Assembly (NCBI GenBank): GCA_017411745.1
Contig: JAFQPM010000025.1
Span: 1,595-65,594, forward strand
Reading direction: 5' to 3'
From: Clostridia bacterium
GTDB taxonomy: Bacteria; Bacillota; Clostridia; Oscillospirales; CAG-272
DNA: 64,000 bases
Shown here: positions 18,464-28,187 of the stretch, piece after piece
Numbering within the stretch: the first letter of the stretch is position 1
How the letters are laid out: the number at the start of each line of letters is the position of its first letter
Position numbers and translations under genes: made by a program
Notes under the pieces: model-generated
Databases searched by the model: none
Told to the model about the DNA's origin: nothing
Seen by the model: the letters and a program-made list of their open reading frames with translations, nothing else

Positions 18464-18539
18464 TGGCAGGGGCAGAAGGACTTGAACCCACGACCCTTGG
18501 TTTTGGAGACCAGTACTCTACCAACTGAGCTATACCCCT
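18464..18539 (-). tRNA. trnW: tRNA-Trp (anticodon CCA), 76 nt with encoded CCA
   Basis: The minus strand reads AGGGGTATAGCTCAGTTGGTAGAGTACTGGTCTCCAAAACCAAGGGTCGTGGGTTCAAGTCCTTCTGCCCCTGCCA. It folds as a cloverleaf with anticodon loop CUCCAAA. Two non-Watson-Crick pairs were noted (C27-A43 and U50-U64). Confidence 0.85.
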
Positions 18540-18571
18540 GTATTTTGCTGTTTTTTCATCACAGCCTTAGT

Positions 18572-18600
18572 ATTATATCATAAACTCAAACAAATTTCAA
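18572..18600 (-). promoter_or_regulatory. Promoter of tRNA-Trp
   Basis: On the minus strand: TTGAAA (18600-18595), 17-nt spacer, TATAAT (18577-18572), about 30 nt upstream of the tRNA 5' end. Confidence 0.6.
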
Positions 18601-18644
18601 TAGGTTTTCAAAAAATAATTTAAAAATTTTATTCGCGATATTTG

Positions 18645-18673
18645 TTGACATAAATTTGTCTTTATAGTACAAT
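18645..18673 (+). promoter_or_regulatory. Promoter of the GNAT gene
   Basis: TTGACA (18645-18650), 17-nt spacer, TACAAT (18668-18673). Confidence 0.55.
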
Positions 18674-18714
18674 GGGTTTAATGATGTAAGAATGTTTTTA
18701 CGGAGGATGATCGG

Positions 18715-19230
18715 GTGACTTTCATCAGAAAAACAGAGACAAAAGACCTCGAGAGCATTATGCCGATATTTTCCGAGGCGAGAAAAACGATCGCTTTGCT
18801 CGGGATCGACCAATGGCAGAATGGCTATCCGTCACAAACGGTCATCGAGCAAGACATAGATAAAGAGCAGTCCTATTGCGTTATTGTCGGCGAAAAAATC
18901 TGTGCGACGTTCGCCATACTTTTGTACGGTGAGCCAACTTACGATGAAATTTTCGACGGAAAATGGCTGACAGGCGACGAAAGGGGACGGTATCTCGCGA
19001 TCCACCGCGTCGCGATTGCGCTATCAAGCCGAGGCAGCGGCATTTCGGGAAAAATTATCTCTTACGCCGCCGAGCTTGCCACATCTCTTGGCAAAAGATC
19101 CTTGAGAATAGACACGCACGAGGGTAACGTTGTTATGAGGCGGATGCTTGAGAAAAACGGCTTCGTTCATTGCGGCACGATATTTCTTAAGGACGGCGAT
19201 AAAAGAGTCGCTTATGAAAAACTGCTTTAG
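18715..19230 (+). CDS. GNAT-family N-acetyltransferase
   Basis: HRVAIALSSRGSGISGKIISY ... MRRMLEKNGF is an acetyl-CoA binding motif pattern. The start is GTG, with GGAGG 7 nt upstream. Confidence 0.75.
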   Translation: MTFIRKTETKDLESIMPIFSEARKTIALLGIDQWQNGYPSQTVIEQDIDKEQSYCVIVGEKICATFAILLYGEPTYDEIFDGKWLTGDERGRYLAIHRVAIALSSRGSGISGKIISYAAELATSLGKRSLRIDTHEGNVVMRRMLEKNGFVHCGTIFLKDGDKRVAYEKLL

Positions 19231-19244
19231 TAAGGAGATATGAT

Positions 19245-20108
19245 ATGAGAATAGGAATAGAATCCCCCGCATATCTGCAGTACGGAGTTACCGAGGGCGC
19301 AAGACGGGCAAGGGAGCACAGATTTGATTGCTTTGATTATTCAAATTTCATCCACACGGACACAGATTTTTTCAATCTGTCCGAAACCGAGTTTGAAAAA
19401 GAGCTGACGAGGCAAAGGGCGCTTATAGCGGCAGAGGGAATACGTGTAAATCAAGCACACGCGCCTTGGGAAATGCCCGTCAAGTGCGGCACTCCCGAGG
19501 AGAGAGCAATAAAGCTCGAAAAGGCGTCGAAGGCGATGAGAGGAACGGCGTATATCGGCGCGACCGACCTTGTCATTCACGCGATCATGCCGTTTGGAGA
19601 GAACAGCCCCGAGAATCCCGAGCTTATGCGCGATCTCAACGCGGAGTTTATGGGCAAGCTTGCCGAGGTCGCCAAGGAATACGGAGTAAAACATATTAAT
19701 ATCGAAAATCTGCCTTTTCCTCAGCTCCCCATCAATCACACAAACCAGTGCCTTGATTTCGTCAAGAGAATGAACAGGGAAACGAACAGCGACATATTCC
19801 GCGTTTGTCTCGACACGGGACACAGCAATTTCTGCGGAGAGAGCCCTGCGGACGCAGTAAGAACGCTTGGCTCTTATCTCGGAGCTCTGCACGTCCATGA
19901 CAACGACGGTACAGCAGATTCTCACCGAATTCCCGGGCAGGGAACGATAGATTGGGACGATTTTTCCGACGCGCTTGCCGAGATCGGCTTTGACGGAGTT
20001 TTAAATTTTGAAACTATGGTTTCTTGGGATATTCCGCACGGCGACGAGCGAGACCGCCTTGAGCGAGAGCTGGCGCTTATCGGACATAAGCTCGCGAAAA
20101 ACATCTGA
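19245..20108 (+). CDS. Sugar phosphate isomerase/epimerase (xylose-isomerase-like TIM barrel)
   Basis: The motifs NIENL, LDTGH and HVHDND are typical of the AP_endonuc_2 / xylose isomerase-like fold. Confidence 0.75.
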   Translation: MRIGIESPAYLQYGVTEGARRAREHRFDCFDYSNFIHTDTDFFNLSETEFEKELTRQRALIAAEGIRVNQAHAPWEMPVKCGTPEERAIKLEKASKAMRGTAYIGATDLVIHAIMPFGENSPENPELMRDLNAEFMGKLAEVAKEYGVKHINIENLPFPQLPINHTNQCLDFVKRMNRETNSDIFRVCLDTGHSNFCGESPADAVRTLGSYLGALHVHDNDGTADSHRIPGQGTIDWDDFSDALAEIGFDGVLNFETMVSWDIPHGDERDRLERELALIGHKLAKNI

Positions 20109-20149
20109 TCTTAATATAATGATATATCAACTCACAAAGGAGAAACCAA

Positions 20150-22537
20150 ATGAAAGAATTGCATTTAATCTGTAACGCGCATCTCGACCCCGTATGGCAG
20201 TGGGATTGGAACGAGGGAGCAACAGCGGCGCTGGCAACCTTCTATTCCGCGGCGCAGTTGGCAGACGAGTACGACTACATATTCTGTCACAACGAGGCAC
20301 TTCTGTATGAATGGATCGAGGAGCACGACCCCGCGCTCTTTGAGCGCATCCGCGAGCTTGTAAAGGCAGGCAAATGGCACATTATGGGCGGCTGGTACGT
20401 TCAGCCCGACTGTACCGTTCCCTCGGGCGAGGGCTTTGTTCGTCAGATCGAATCTGGACTTTCATATTTCAAAGAAAAATTTGGCGTAAGACCGACGGTC
20501 GCCGTAAACTTCGACTCATTTGGTCACACGCAGGGGCTTGTTCAGATCCTCAAAAAGTGTGGATATGATGGATATATCTTCTGCAGACCGATGCCCGGGC
20601 TGATGGAGCTGCCCGACAGAGTCTTCAACTGGGTGGGATTTGACGGAAGCAAGGTCAAGGCGTCACGTTTCGAGGATATGACTATATATTGCTCGGAGCT
20701 TGGAAGTGCGGTTGAGGATATCAAGCGTAAGCTCATCCCTTGGCAAGAAAGCGACGTTGCGTTCGCTCTCTGGGGTGTTGGCAACCACGGCGGCGGCGCT
20801 TCGAGAAAGGACCTTGGCGATATAAAAGAGTATATCGAGGAAAGCAAGAAAAACGGTGTCACTGTTATCCATAGTACCCCTGAGACATTCTTCTCGAGAG
20901 TTGATTCGACGGCAGAGTTCAACAAGGCGCTCGAGCCTTGCTTCGTTAAGTGCTACTCCTCCGACAGTAGATTGAAGCATAAGTACGCCGAGCTTGAAAA
21001 CAAGCTTGTAGTGACCGAAAAGATCTGCGCTTACGCGGCAAGTGAGTGCGGAACGAAGTACGACCACAAGGCTTTTGCCGAAGCGCAGAAGAATATGAGC
21101 GCAGTGCAGTTCCACGACGTTTTGTCGGGAACCAGTATTTTCGACGGAGAGCAGAGCAGTCTGCGCAAGGCAGATTATGCTATGGAGATCCTCGATAAGC
21201 AGTTTACCAAGGCGTTTTTCGATCTTTTCTCGGGATACGAAAAGGCAGCGCCCGGCGACTATCCCGTGTTCGTCTACAACCCGATGCCCTATAAGGTGGA
21301 CGGCATATTCGAGTGCGAGATCTTCCTTTTGAACGGCATCGTTTCCGATACCGAGGCTTACGACTTCAAGATCATAAAGGACGGCAAGGAGGTCCCCTAT
21401 CAGACCGTAAAGGAAGGCTCTACCATCAATATGGACAGAAGAAAGCGCTTTGCTATCAAGGCAGAGCTCAATCCTATGTCGCTTACGAGATTTGACGTTG
21501 TCATCAGCAAGAAGGAAAAGACCTTCCTCGATAGAACGCCCCAGACCGAGTTCGATCTCGGACGCGGCGTTACCGCGAAGTTTGACAAAGAAAACGGCTG
21601 CCTTACTTCCTTTGTGGTTGACGGCAAGGAATACCTATCTGGCGGCGCATTCGCTCCAGTGATGTTCGAGGACAACGCAGACCCGTGGGGTTGGCATATG
21701 AAGACCGTCGGCAAGAATTATAAGTACGCCGATGTCAAAACCTCTCTGCGCGTTGTCGAGCGCGGAGACCTTTTGACGACAGTTGAGAGCATTTACGACA
21801 CGGGCAAGAGCGAGGTCCGCGTGGCTTACAAGCTTTATAAGGACTACGATTACGTTGACGTCACCGTTAACGTTTGCTGGAACGACGCGGGCAAGGGACT
21901 TAAGCTCGAGATCCCCGCAGCCGCCGTTCAGCGTTTCATCGGTCAGACCTCCTTCGGAACTCAGGAATACGAGCTTGATCTTGAGCAGTGCTCACACAGA
22001 TTCTGCGGAGTTGAATCGGACGGAAAGGTTCTCGCCGTATTCAAGGACGGCACCTACGGTTGCTCGGTAGAGAACGGCAAGCTCTATTTGACCTTGCTTA
22101 ACGGCTCTGTATACTGCGCTCACCCCGTAGGAAACCTGCCGATCATCGACGAAGAAAGATTTAATTATTACCTCGACACAGGCAGACACGAGTTCTCATT
22201 CAGACTCGCCGTTTGTAAGGAAAGAGAGCTTGAGAGAATGGCGACTGAATTTATCCAGAAGCCGTATACTCTCAACGCGTATCCTCACGGCAAGGGAGAG
22301 AAAAAGGAGCATAGCCCCATCGAGCTTTCCGACAACAATATCTCGCTCGCCGCGTTCAGAATGATTGCGGACGGCAGCTATATGATCCGTCTTATAAACA
22401 ACTATAAAGAAGGCGCTGAATGTGAGTGCAGAGTGTTTGATAAGACCCTGTCGCTGTCATTCGGTCGATACGAGGTCAAGACGCTTATTTATAAGGGCGG
22501 AGAATTGAAGGAATCCGATTCGATGCTTGAGCTTTAA
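20150..22537 (+). CDS. GH38 alpha-mannosidase
   Basis: The N-terminal CNAHLDPVWQW and FDSFGH motifs, together with the 795-aa length, match GH38 architecture. Confidence 0.8.
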   Translation: MKELHLICNAHLDPVWQWDWNEGATAALATFYSAAQLADEYDYIFCHNEALLYEWIEEHDPALFERIRELVKAGKWHIMGGWYVQPDCTVPSGEGFVRQIESGLSYFKEKFGVRPTVAVNFDSFGHTQGLVQILKKCGYDGYIFCRPMPGLMELPDRVFNWVGFDGSKVKASRFEDMTIYCSELGSAVEDIKRKLIPWQESDVAFALWGVGNHGGGASRKDLGDIKEYIEESKKNGVTVIHSTPETFFSRVDSTAEFNKALEPCFVKCYSSDSRLKHKYAELENKLVVTEKICAYAASECGTKYDHKAFAEAQKNMSAVQFHDVLSGTSIFDGEQSSLRKADYAMEILDKQFTKAFFDLFSGYEKAAPGDYPVFVYNPMPYKVDGIFECEIFLLNGIVSDTEAYDFKIIKDGKEVPYQTVKEGSTINMDRRKRFAIKAELNPMSLTRFDVVISKKEKTFLDRTPQTEFDLGRGVTAKFDKENGCLTSFVVDGKEYLSGGAFAPVMFEDNADPWGWHMKTVGKNYKYADVKTSLRVVERGDLLTTVESIYDTGKSEVRVAYKLYKDYDYVDVTVNVCWNDAGKGLKLEIPAAAVQRFIGQTSFGTQEYELDLEQCSHRFCGVESDGKVLAVFKDGTYGCSVENGKLYLTLLNGSVYCAHPVGNLPIIDEERFNYYLDTGRHEFSFRLAVCKERELERMATEFIQKPYTLNAYPHGKGEKKEHSPIELSDNNISLAAFRMIADGSYMIRLINNYKEGAECECRVFDKTLSLSFGRYEVKTLIYKGGELKESDSMLEL

Positions 22538-22548
22538 GAAAACAAAAA

Positions 22549-22576
22549 CACGGAGTTGAAAAACTCCGTGTTTTTT
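22549..22576. terminator. Bidirectional terminator
   Basis: Stem CACGGAGTT (22549-22557) pairs with AACTCCGTG (22562-22570). T6 follows and an A-run precedes. Confidence 0.8.
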
Positions 22577-22587
22577 ACTTTGGATAA

Positions 22588-23412
22588 TTACTTGTTTTTG
22601 ATATGTACGTCGAGATGATTGAAAGGGATTTCGATTCCGTTCTTGTCAAACTCGGCCTTAACGGCTTCGGTAAGATCAAAGAAGACCGTCCAATAATCAG
22701 CGCCGTTTACCCAAGCGCGAGCTTTGATCTGGAGTCCCGATGTGCTGTGTGCTCCAACTCTTACGAAAACGGCAGGATCCTTGAGAACGAGCTCGTGCTT
22801 TTCGCAGATCTCGGTGATAATAGCCTTTGCCTTCTCAGCATCGGAAGCATAGCTGATGCAGAAGTCGACATCTACGCGGCGGGTTTCCTTTTCGGAATAG
22901 TTGATGATATTTCCGTTAGCAAGAGTGCCGTTGGGAACGTAGATAACTTTGTTGTCGGGGGTGATGATCTTAGTGCTGGTTATACGGATATCCGAAACCG
23001 TGCCCGAAACGCCCTGAGCCTCGATGAAATCATCGACCTTGAAGGGACGGGTAATGAGAATAAGTACGCCGCCTGCGAGATTGGCGAGCGTGCCGTTTAC
23101 AGCAAGACCGATGCATACGCCCAGAGATGCAATAAGTGCGGTGATCGCACTGGTGTCGATGCCGAGATAACCGATAAGACAAACGGCCACAAGACACTTA
23201 AGCGCGAGCTTAAATGCGTATACCAGAACGTTCATAATGGTCTTGTCCGCGTTTTTCTTTTCGCCGATCTTAGCGATCTTTTTGCCTACGGCGTTGATAA
23301 TCTTGAACGAGATAAACATCACGATCAAAGCGATTATGATCTTGATTCCCGTATTTGTTGCCCAGTTTACTATATTAGCAACCAGATTAGTGAGAAATTC
23401 TTCTAAAGTCAT
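22588..23412 (-). CDS. MscS-family mechanosensitive channel
   Basis: LANLAGGVLILITRPFKVDDFIEAQGVSGTVSDIRITSTKIITPDNKVIYVPNG is the MscS core. Start at ATG 23412, with AAGGAGG upstream. Confidence 0.85.
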   Translation of the reverse strand: MTLEEFLTNLVANIVNWATNTGIKIIIALIVMFISFKIINAVGKKIAKIGEKKNADKTIMNVLVYAFKLALKCLVAVCLIGYLGIDTSAITALIASLGVCIGLAVNGTLANLAGGVLILITRPFKVDDFIEAQGVSGTVSDIRITSTKIITPDNKVIYVPNGTLANGNIINYSEKETRRVDVDFCISYASDAEKAKAIITEICEKHELVLKDPAVFVRVGAHSTSGLQIKARAWVNGADYWTVFFDLTEAVKAEFDKNGIEIPFNHLDVHIKNK

Positions 23413-23562
23413 GTTATCCTCCTTGAAAATTTTATTGCAACGAACATTGTAGCATATATCTGATGAAAAGTCAACAAAAAAACGAATATTTATTAGATAA
23501 ATTCTTCCACCGTCTTTTAAACGAAAACGATCTCTGCGGATATATCGCAAAGATCGTTTTTG

Positions 23563-24741
23563 TTATCTTATTATCATCATAATGGCGGTCAGAATTATCA
23601 AAAATCCGAAATTGAAAGCCGAGAACAGACCGACGTATTGAAGTGTTTTTCCCTTGACGTGAGAAGTGTATTCTCTGAAAGTAATTAGACTTGCGAGTGA
23701 GGAGATCAGCGTTCCTACTCCTCCGATGTTTACACCTATAAGAAGTTCTCTCCAGTTATCTGTGAATTCCGAAAGCAATATAGCCGAAGGAACGTTACTC
23801 ATGATCTGGCAGGACAGAACGCCGGTAAGCAGGGTGTCCTTTTGAAGAAGGCTGGAGAAAAAGTTGTTGACTGCATCGATCCTTGATATGTTACCCGCAA
23901 GCAAGAAGAAGGAAACGAAGGTCAGAAGAAGGGGATAGTCTACCTGTTTGAGTGCATCTCTGTCTGTGAAAAGCACGGAAAAGAGCACGACGGGCAGACA
24001 GATATAGTAAGGAACTATTCTGAACACCGTGAGTATCGCGAGAGCGAAAAGGACCAGATTAAATATCGTGCGTCCCGAATTTATTTTGTCGTCGTCGGTA
24101 CTGTTCAATTCAAGGCTTTCTTTGGGGATAAAAAGACAGCAACCCGTGAAAAGAAGTATCGACAAAGCAAAGGGAACGAGCATAACGCTCATGAATTCTC
24201 CCGTGGGGATGTTGAACTTGGTGTATATATAGAGATTTTGCGGATTGCCAAAGGGTGTCAGCATACCTCCGAGGTTTGCGGCTATGTTTTGCAGAATAAA
24301 GATCACCGCCATGTATTTTTCCTTGCCCGTTGCGGTCAGGGATATATAGCCGAGAGGCAGAAAAGTCAGAAGTGCCATATCGTTGGCAAGGAACATCGAG
24401 CCGATAAAGGTTATATATACCAAGGAAATGGCGAGCGTTCTCGTGTTGCCCGCGGTTTTGACTATCTTGCGCGCAACTATTGTGAAGAATCTGAGATTCT
24501 TTAAAGCGCAAATGACTGCCAACGTGCAAAAAAGACATGTCAGCGTCTTGAAGTCGAAATATCCGATATACTCGGCGTCTGGCGTAACGAAAAAGCAAGA
24601 CATTATCGCAAGCGTAGCGGCGATCACGAGCACGGTGTTCGTTGCTACGAAATGTTTTATCGAAGCTGCCGTGTGATGTAAAAGCGTGTGAATGTGCGAT
24701 ATGGAAATATGATGGCGATGTGCCGCCGGAGATCTGTTCAT
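23563..24741 (-). CDS. ArsB/NhaD/CitMHS-superfamily anion permease
   Basis: The protein is polytopic, with NLGGMLTPFGNPQNL and IGVNIGGVGTLISSLA motifs. Start at ATG 24741, with GAAGGAG upstream. Confidence 0.6.
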   Translation of the reverse strand: MNRSPAAHRHHISISHIHTLLHHTAASIKHFVATNTVLVIAATLAIMSCFFVTPDAEYIGYFDFKTLTCLFCTLAVICALKNLRFFTIVARKIVKTAGNTRTLAISLVYITFIGSMFLANDMALLTFLPLGYISLTATGKEKYMAVIFILQNIAANLGGMLTPFGNPQNLYIYTKFNIPTGEFMSVMLVPFALSILLFTGCCLFIPKESLELNSTDDDKINSGRTIFNLVLFALAILTVFRIVPYYICLPVVLFSVLFTDRDALKQVDYPLLLTFVSFFLLAGNISRIDAVNNFFSSLLQKDTLLTGVLSCQIMSNVPSAILLSEFTDNWRELLIGVNIGGVGTLISSLASLITFREYTSHVKGKTLQYVGLFSAFNFGFLIILTAIMMIIR

Positions 24742-24872
24742 AAAAGCTCCTTCATATAGGTTTATGTAAAGCAATGGTGTTTAAAGCCCAAACAATTAGA
24801 CAGTATACCACCGAGGGCAACGTTTGTCAATAGCTTTTATGAACTTTTTTTGAGTATTTTTACAATATAAAA

Positions 24873-24910
24873 AATGGCTCGCCATCACTTTAATGTGATG
24901 GCGAGCCATT
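24873..24910. terminator. Bidirectional terminator
   Basis: A perfect 16-bp stem, AATGGCTCGCCATCAC with GTGATGGCGAGCCATT, flanked by A and T runs. Confidence 0.8.
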
Positions 24911-24923
24911 TTATGATATAACT

Positions 24924-25673
24924 TTATTCGTCTTTGATCGCCTTTCCGCCTGTGAGAACTATCATTTTAATAGCGTCTGCGGAGAATTCATTTGCCTCGA
25001 CGGTAAGATGCTTGTCAAGAGTTCCTCTTGCAAGAACCTTTATGTAGTCAGTCTTTTTGGGTATAAGTTCCTTTTCCTTGAGGGTGTCCAGATTGACTGT
25101 GTCTCCCGAGTTGAAGTTGCTCGAAAGAGTGTCAATATTGATTATTTCTTTTTTGGAGAATGTTTTGGGCTCGTTTGAGGACTCAGCTTCAGCAGTTTCA
25201 ACTTCTATGTGATGGATCTCTACGAGCGTTGCCGCAACAGAGTCGTCCATAGCATCATGAGCTTCTTCTACGGTTATGGATTCGTGAATTTCTATTTCCG
25301 GAAGCGGCTCGGGTTCAGGCTCAGGCTCGGGTTCAGGCTCAGGTTCGGGTTCAGGTTCGGGCTCAGGTTCGTATTTTGTCGGGGCGGCTTCGTCGGATAC
25401 GCGCGCTCTCAATTTTATCAAGCAGAAAATTATTGCATAAAGAAGGAGAGCGACCTCGATAAAGAGCACTATACAAGCCGCCAAAAGTCCTGTGGGAAAA
25501 GCCGCAAGAAGAAAGAGTGCGACGGTGTTGAGCTTTGTGTTGTTCGAGGTCTTTTTGCCTGATACTTTATTGCGCATAGCAATTTTTGTAATCAGTATTA
25601 CCAAGATCACGGATTCTATCATGATGATAGCGGAAAGCACGAGAGCAGCGATAATAAATGCGTTTGTCAACAT
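24924..25673 (-). CDS. Membrane protein with an (EP)11 linker and a C-terminal uL15-like domain
   Basis: There are three N-terminal TM segments and an (EP)11 run. The C-terminus, INIDTLSSNF..GDTVNLDTLKEKELIPKK..IKVLARGTLDKHLTVEANEFSADAIKMIVLTGGKA, parallels the C-terminal half of ribosomal protein uL15 (B. subtilis RplO, as I recall it). Confidence 0.7.
   Translation of the reverse strand: MLTNAFIIAALVLSAIIMIESVILVILITKIAMRNKVSGKKTSNNTKLNTVALFLLAAFPTGLLAACIVLFIEVALLLYAIIFCLIKLRARVSDEAAPTKYEPEPEPEPEPEPEPEPEPEPEPLPEIEIHESITVEEAHDAMDDSVAATLVEIHHIEVETAEAESSNEPKTFSKKEIINIDTLSSNFNSGDTVNLDTLKEKELIPKKTDYIKVLARGTLDKHLTVEANEFSADAIKMIVLTGGKAIKDE
25305..25370 (-). repeat. Coding hexanucleotide repeat (GAR-CCN)x11 encoding (EP)11
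   Basis: I read this directly. Eleven consecutive Glu-Pro codon pairs with synonymous variation. Confidence 0.9.
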
Positions 25674-25743
25674 AATGTTTCTCCTTTTCGTTTATTTAAT
25701 TTTTATTTGGAGTTGTTTGGATACGATTTCAAGTTGTTTCGGA

Positions 25744-26517
25744 TCAATCGCGGATTTCAATCATATCAGATCGCGCAAACCGAACAGACGCCTCAAGGCA
25801 GATCTGCATATCCTCGTTTACCGTGCGGATGTCAACCGTATCGTCCTCGCGAATTTGAGAGCGATATACTGTAAGGGTTGCACCGAGATGCGACTCCTTG
25901 ATATAAGAAAGCGCAAGTGATGCGACTCTATACGATAAGGTCTCGTCGGTCATTTCCTCAAGGAAATCGCATATCATGTCAGGATAATGCGTATTGTTCA
26001 TGTGCATATTGTAATCTATATCGGAGTATACGATCTTTCTTTTTCCGACCTCATACAGCGTGGCATCTTTCGGGAGCCTCGGCTTAGGGGGAAGGATCGA
26101 GGGATCTATGGGGTCGTCGTAATAAAAACAACCTGACATGAATTCGCAGCTGCTTGCACGGACCATGCTTTTAGTATTCAGATCTATGAGCACCCAGGTT
26201 GAAGACGCCTCGGCGATCTTTTCATCTCCTCGATATATCTCAAAATAGCGGTTGAATATATAGCTTTTTGCTTCCTTGCACCAGGTTCGGACCTCTATCT
26301 CCTCGTATGCGTGAAGAGGGGAGTAGATATTGATCGAAAGCGCGCCGAGGATAAAGGCAAGGCCTCTTTCGTCGCGGAGCTTTTCGAGAGGAAGCCCCGA
26401 GGACTCGCACTGTGCGTTTGCAGTCTCCTGCATATATTCGACTATTTTGCTTGCGCGCACGTTGCGGTGAGCATCCGTGTCATGCCAGTTGGTTTTGATT
26501 TTATTGGTAAACTTCAT
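25744..26517 (-). CDS. Acyl-ACP thioesterase
   Basis: The sequence has a double hot-dog pattern: WHDTDAHRNVRASKIVEYMQE ... YSDIDYNMHMNNTHY. Confidence 0.8.
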   Translation of the reverse strand: MKFTNKIKTNWHDTDAHRNVRASKIVEYMQETANAQCESSGLPLEKLRDERGLAFILGALSINIYSPLHAYEEIEVRTWCKEAKSYIFNRYFEIYRGDEKIAEASSTWVLIDLNTKSMVRASSCEFMSGCFYYDDPIDPSILPPKPRLPKDATLYEVGKRKIVYSDIDYNMHMNNTHYPDMICDFLEEMTDETLSYRVASLALSYIKESHLGATLTVYRSQIREDDTVDIRTVNEDMQICLEASVRFARSDMIEIRD

Positions 26518-26580
26518 ATTAATTCAAAAAAGCCCACCGATAGCTCGGCGGGCTTGATCCTCAATTTTGGCTTTTTCAGA

Positions 26581-27540
26581 TCAAAGGGTTCCCGCAGAAC
26601 CGAGAACGTTTTGTATCTTGTGAGCGACCATCTTCTTGACCTCTGCTCTTGCCACGGTGAGATAGGCTCTGGGGTCGAAGACGTCAGGCTTTTCGGTAAG
26701 TACGCGACGGATTCCCGCGGTCATAGCCAAACGGATATCCGAGTCGATATTGATCTTACATACAGCCATAGATGCGGCCTTTCTGAGCTGCTCCTCGGGG
26801 ATACCCACAGCATCGGGGAGCTTGCCGCCGATGGAGTTGATCTCCTGAACGTACTCCTGGGGAACGCTGGACGCTCCGTGAAGAACGATGGGGAACAAGG
26901 GAAGTCTCTTTTCGATCTCCTCAAGAATATCGAAGCGGAGAGGGGGAGGAACGAGAATGCCCTGCTCGTTTCTGGTGCACTGCTTGGGAGTAAACTTATA
27001 AGCGCCGTGAGATGTTCCGATCGAGATGGCGAGCGAATCAACTCCGGTCTTGGTTACGAATTCCTCAACCTCATCGGGACGAGTGTAGGAGGAATGTTCT
27101 GCTACAACGTCATCCTCAACGCCTGCAAGAACTCCGAGCTCACCCTCAACGACAACGCCGCGCTCGTGGGCGTACTCAACGACCTTTCTGGTAAGAGCAA
27201 TATTGTCCTCGAAGGAATGGTGAGAGCCGTCGATCATAACCGAGGTAAATCCGCCGTCGATACAAGCCTTGCAGATCTCAAAATCTGCGCCGTGGTCGAG
27301 GTGGAGCGCGAGATCAACGCCGCTGTCCTTGATAGCCGCGTTAGCGAGAGCCATAAGGTACTCCTGCTTTGCGTACTTGCGTGCGCCTGCGGAAACCTGA
27401 AGGATAACGGGAGAACGGAGCTCGCCCGCAGCCTCGGTGATCGCCTGAACGATCTCCATGTTGTTGATGTTGAATGCACCGATAGCGTATCCGCCGTCGT
27501 ATGCCTTTTTAAACATTTCTTTTGTGTTTACAAGAGCCAT
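26581..27540 (-). CDS. fba: Class II fructose-1,6-bisphosphate aldolase
   Basis: The motifs GAFNINNME, LHLDHG, SVMIDGS and HGASS are present. Confidence 0.95.
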   Translation of the reverse strand: MALVNTKEMFKKAYDGGYAIGAFNINNMEIVQAITEAAGELRSPVILQVSAGARKYAKQEYLMALANAAIKDSGVDLALHLDHGADFEICKACIDGGFTSVMIDGSHHSFEDNIALTRKVVEYAHERGVVVEGELGVLAGVEDDVVAEHSSYTRPDEVEEFVTKTGVDSLAISIGTSHGAYKFTPKQCTRNEQGILVPPPLRFDILEEIEKRLPLFPIVLHGASSVPQEYVQEINSIGGKLPDAVGIPEEQLRKAASMAVCKINIDSDIRLAMTAGIRRVLTEKPDVFDPRAYLTVARAEVKKMVAHKIQNVLGSAGTL

Positions 27541-27695
27541 TTTATCACCTTTTTCTGCTCGGTTAATATAAATAACCCGAGCTGTTATTTTTATTCTACA
27601 TTAACATTTTACCACACAAAAGCGCCAAAATCAATAGCAAGATAAAACTTTTTACAATAATTTTGTTGAAAAATGCTTGAGCAATGTATCTGAAA

Positions 27696-27728
27696 GGGCG
27701 ACTCGCGTAAAAATACAGCGAGTCGCCC
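27696..27728 (-). terminator. Hairpin downstream of mazF
   Basis: An 11-bp stem, GGGCGACTCGC with GCGAGTCGCCC. The minus-strand trailing sequence UUUCAG is only weakly U-rich. Confidence 0.5.
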
Positions 27729-27740
27729 GAAAAAACAAGA

Positions 27741-28187
27741 TCACCCGAGGACGCTTGGATTGTGATCGTCATCAGAAAAAGCCGTTGACGCAACGGCGGC
27801 AGAGGATTGGGAATAGTCCGCGGGCACGTTGTTCATACCTCCTAGTCCAAAGCTAACGGCAATCGCGGTGTTCACTTGAGACATAACCGCGCTGTCCAGA
27901 TGTCCCATTTTTTCCTTTAATCTTCGTTTGTCGAGCGTTCTTATCTGTTCGAGAAGAATTACCGAATCCTTTGCCAGACCGACGCGGTCGGCATGAATGT
28001 CTATATGAGTCGGCAGTTTTGCCTTGCCCATACGCGAGGTTATGGCAGCGGCAATGACTGTGGGACTGTGACGGTTGCCTATATCGTTTTGAATTATAAG
28101 TACCGGTCGCAGACCTCCTTGCTCACTTCCTACCACGGGACTCAGATCGGCGTAAAATATATCTCCTCGTTTTATATTCGATATCAT
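27741..28187 (-). CDS. mazF: MazF/EndoA-type mRNA interferase toxin with a ~30-aa C-terminal extension
   Basis: [46 protein letters not shown] ... [17 protein letters not shown] is nearly collinear with B. subtilis EndoA as I recall it. An extra tail follows: [35 protein letters not shown]. Confidence 0.9.
   Translation of the reverse strand: MISNIKRGDIFYADLSPVVGSEQGGLRPVLIIQNDIGNRHSPTVIAAAITSRMGKAKLPTHIDIHADRVGLAKDSVILLEQIRTLDKRRLKEKMGHLDSAVMSQVNTAIAVSFGLGGMNNVPADYSQSSAAVASTAFSDDDHNPSVLG

Noticed and set aside
25305-25370. A hexanucleotide tandem repeat, considered as a possible non-coding minisatellite.
   Set aside because: It lies in frame within a well-supported ORF and encodes (EP)11 with synonymous variation, so it is a coding linker.
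26311-27645. A 444-aa + strand ORF.
   Set aside because: It lies antisense to the clearly identifiable fba and acyl-ACP thioesterase genes. It has a biased composition and no RBS.
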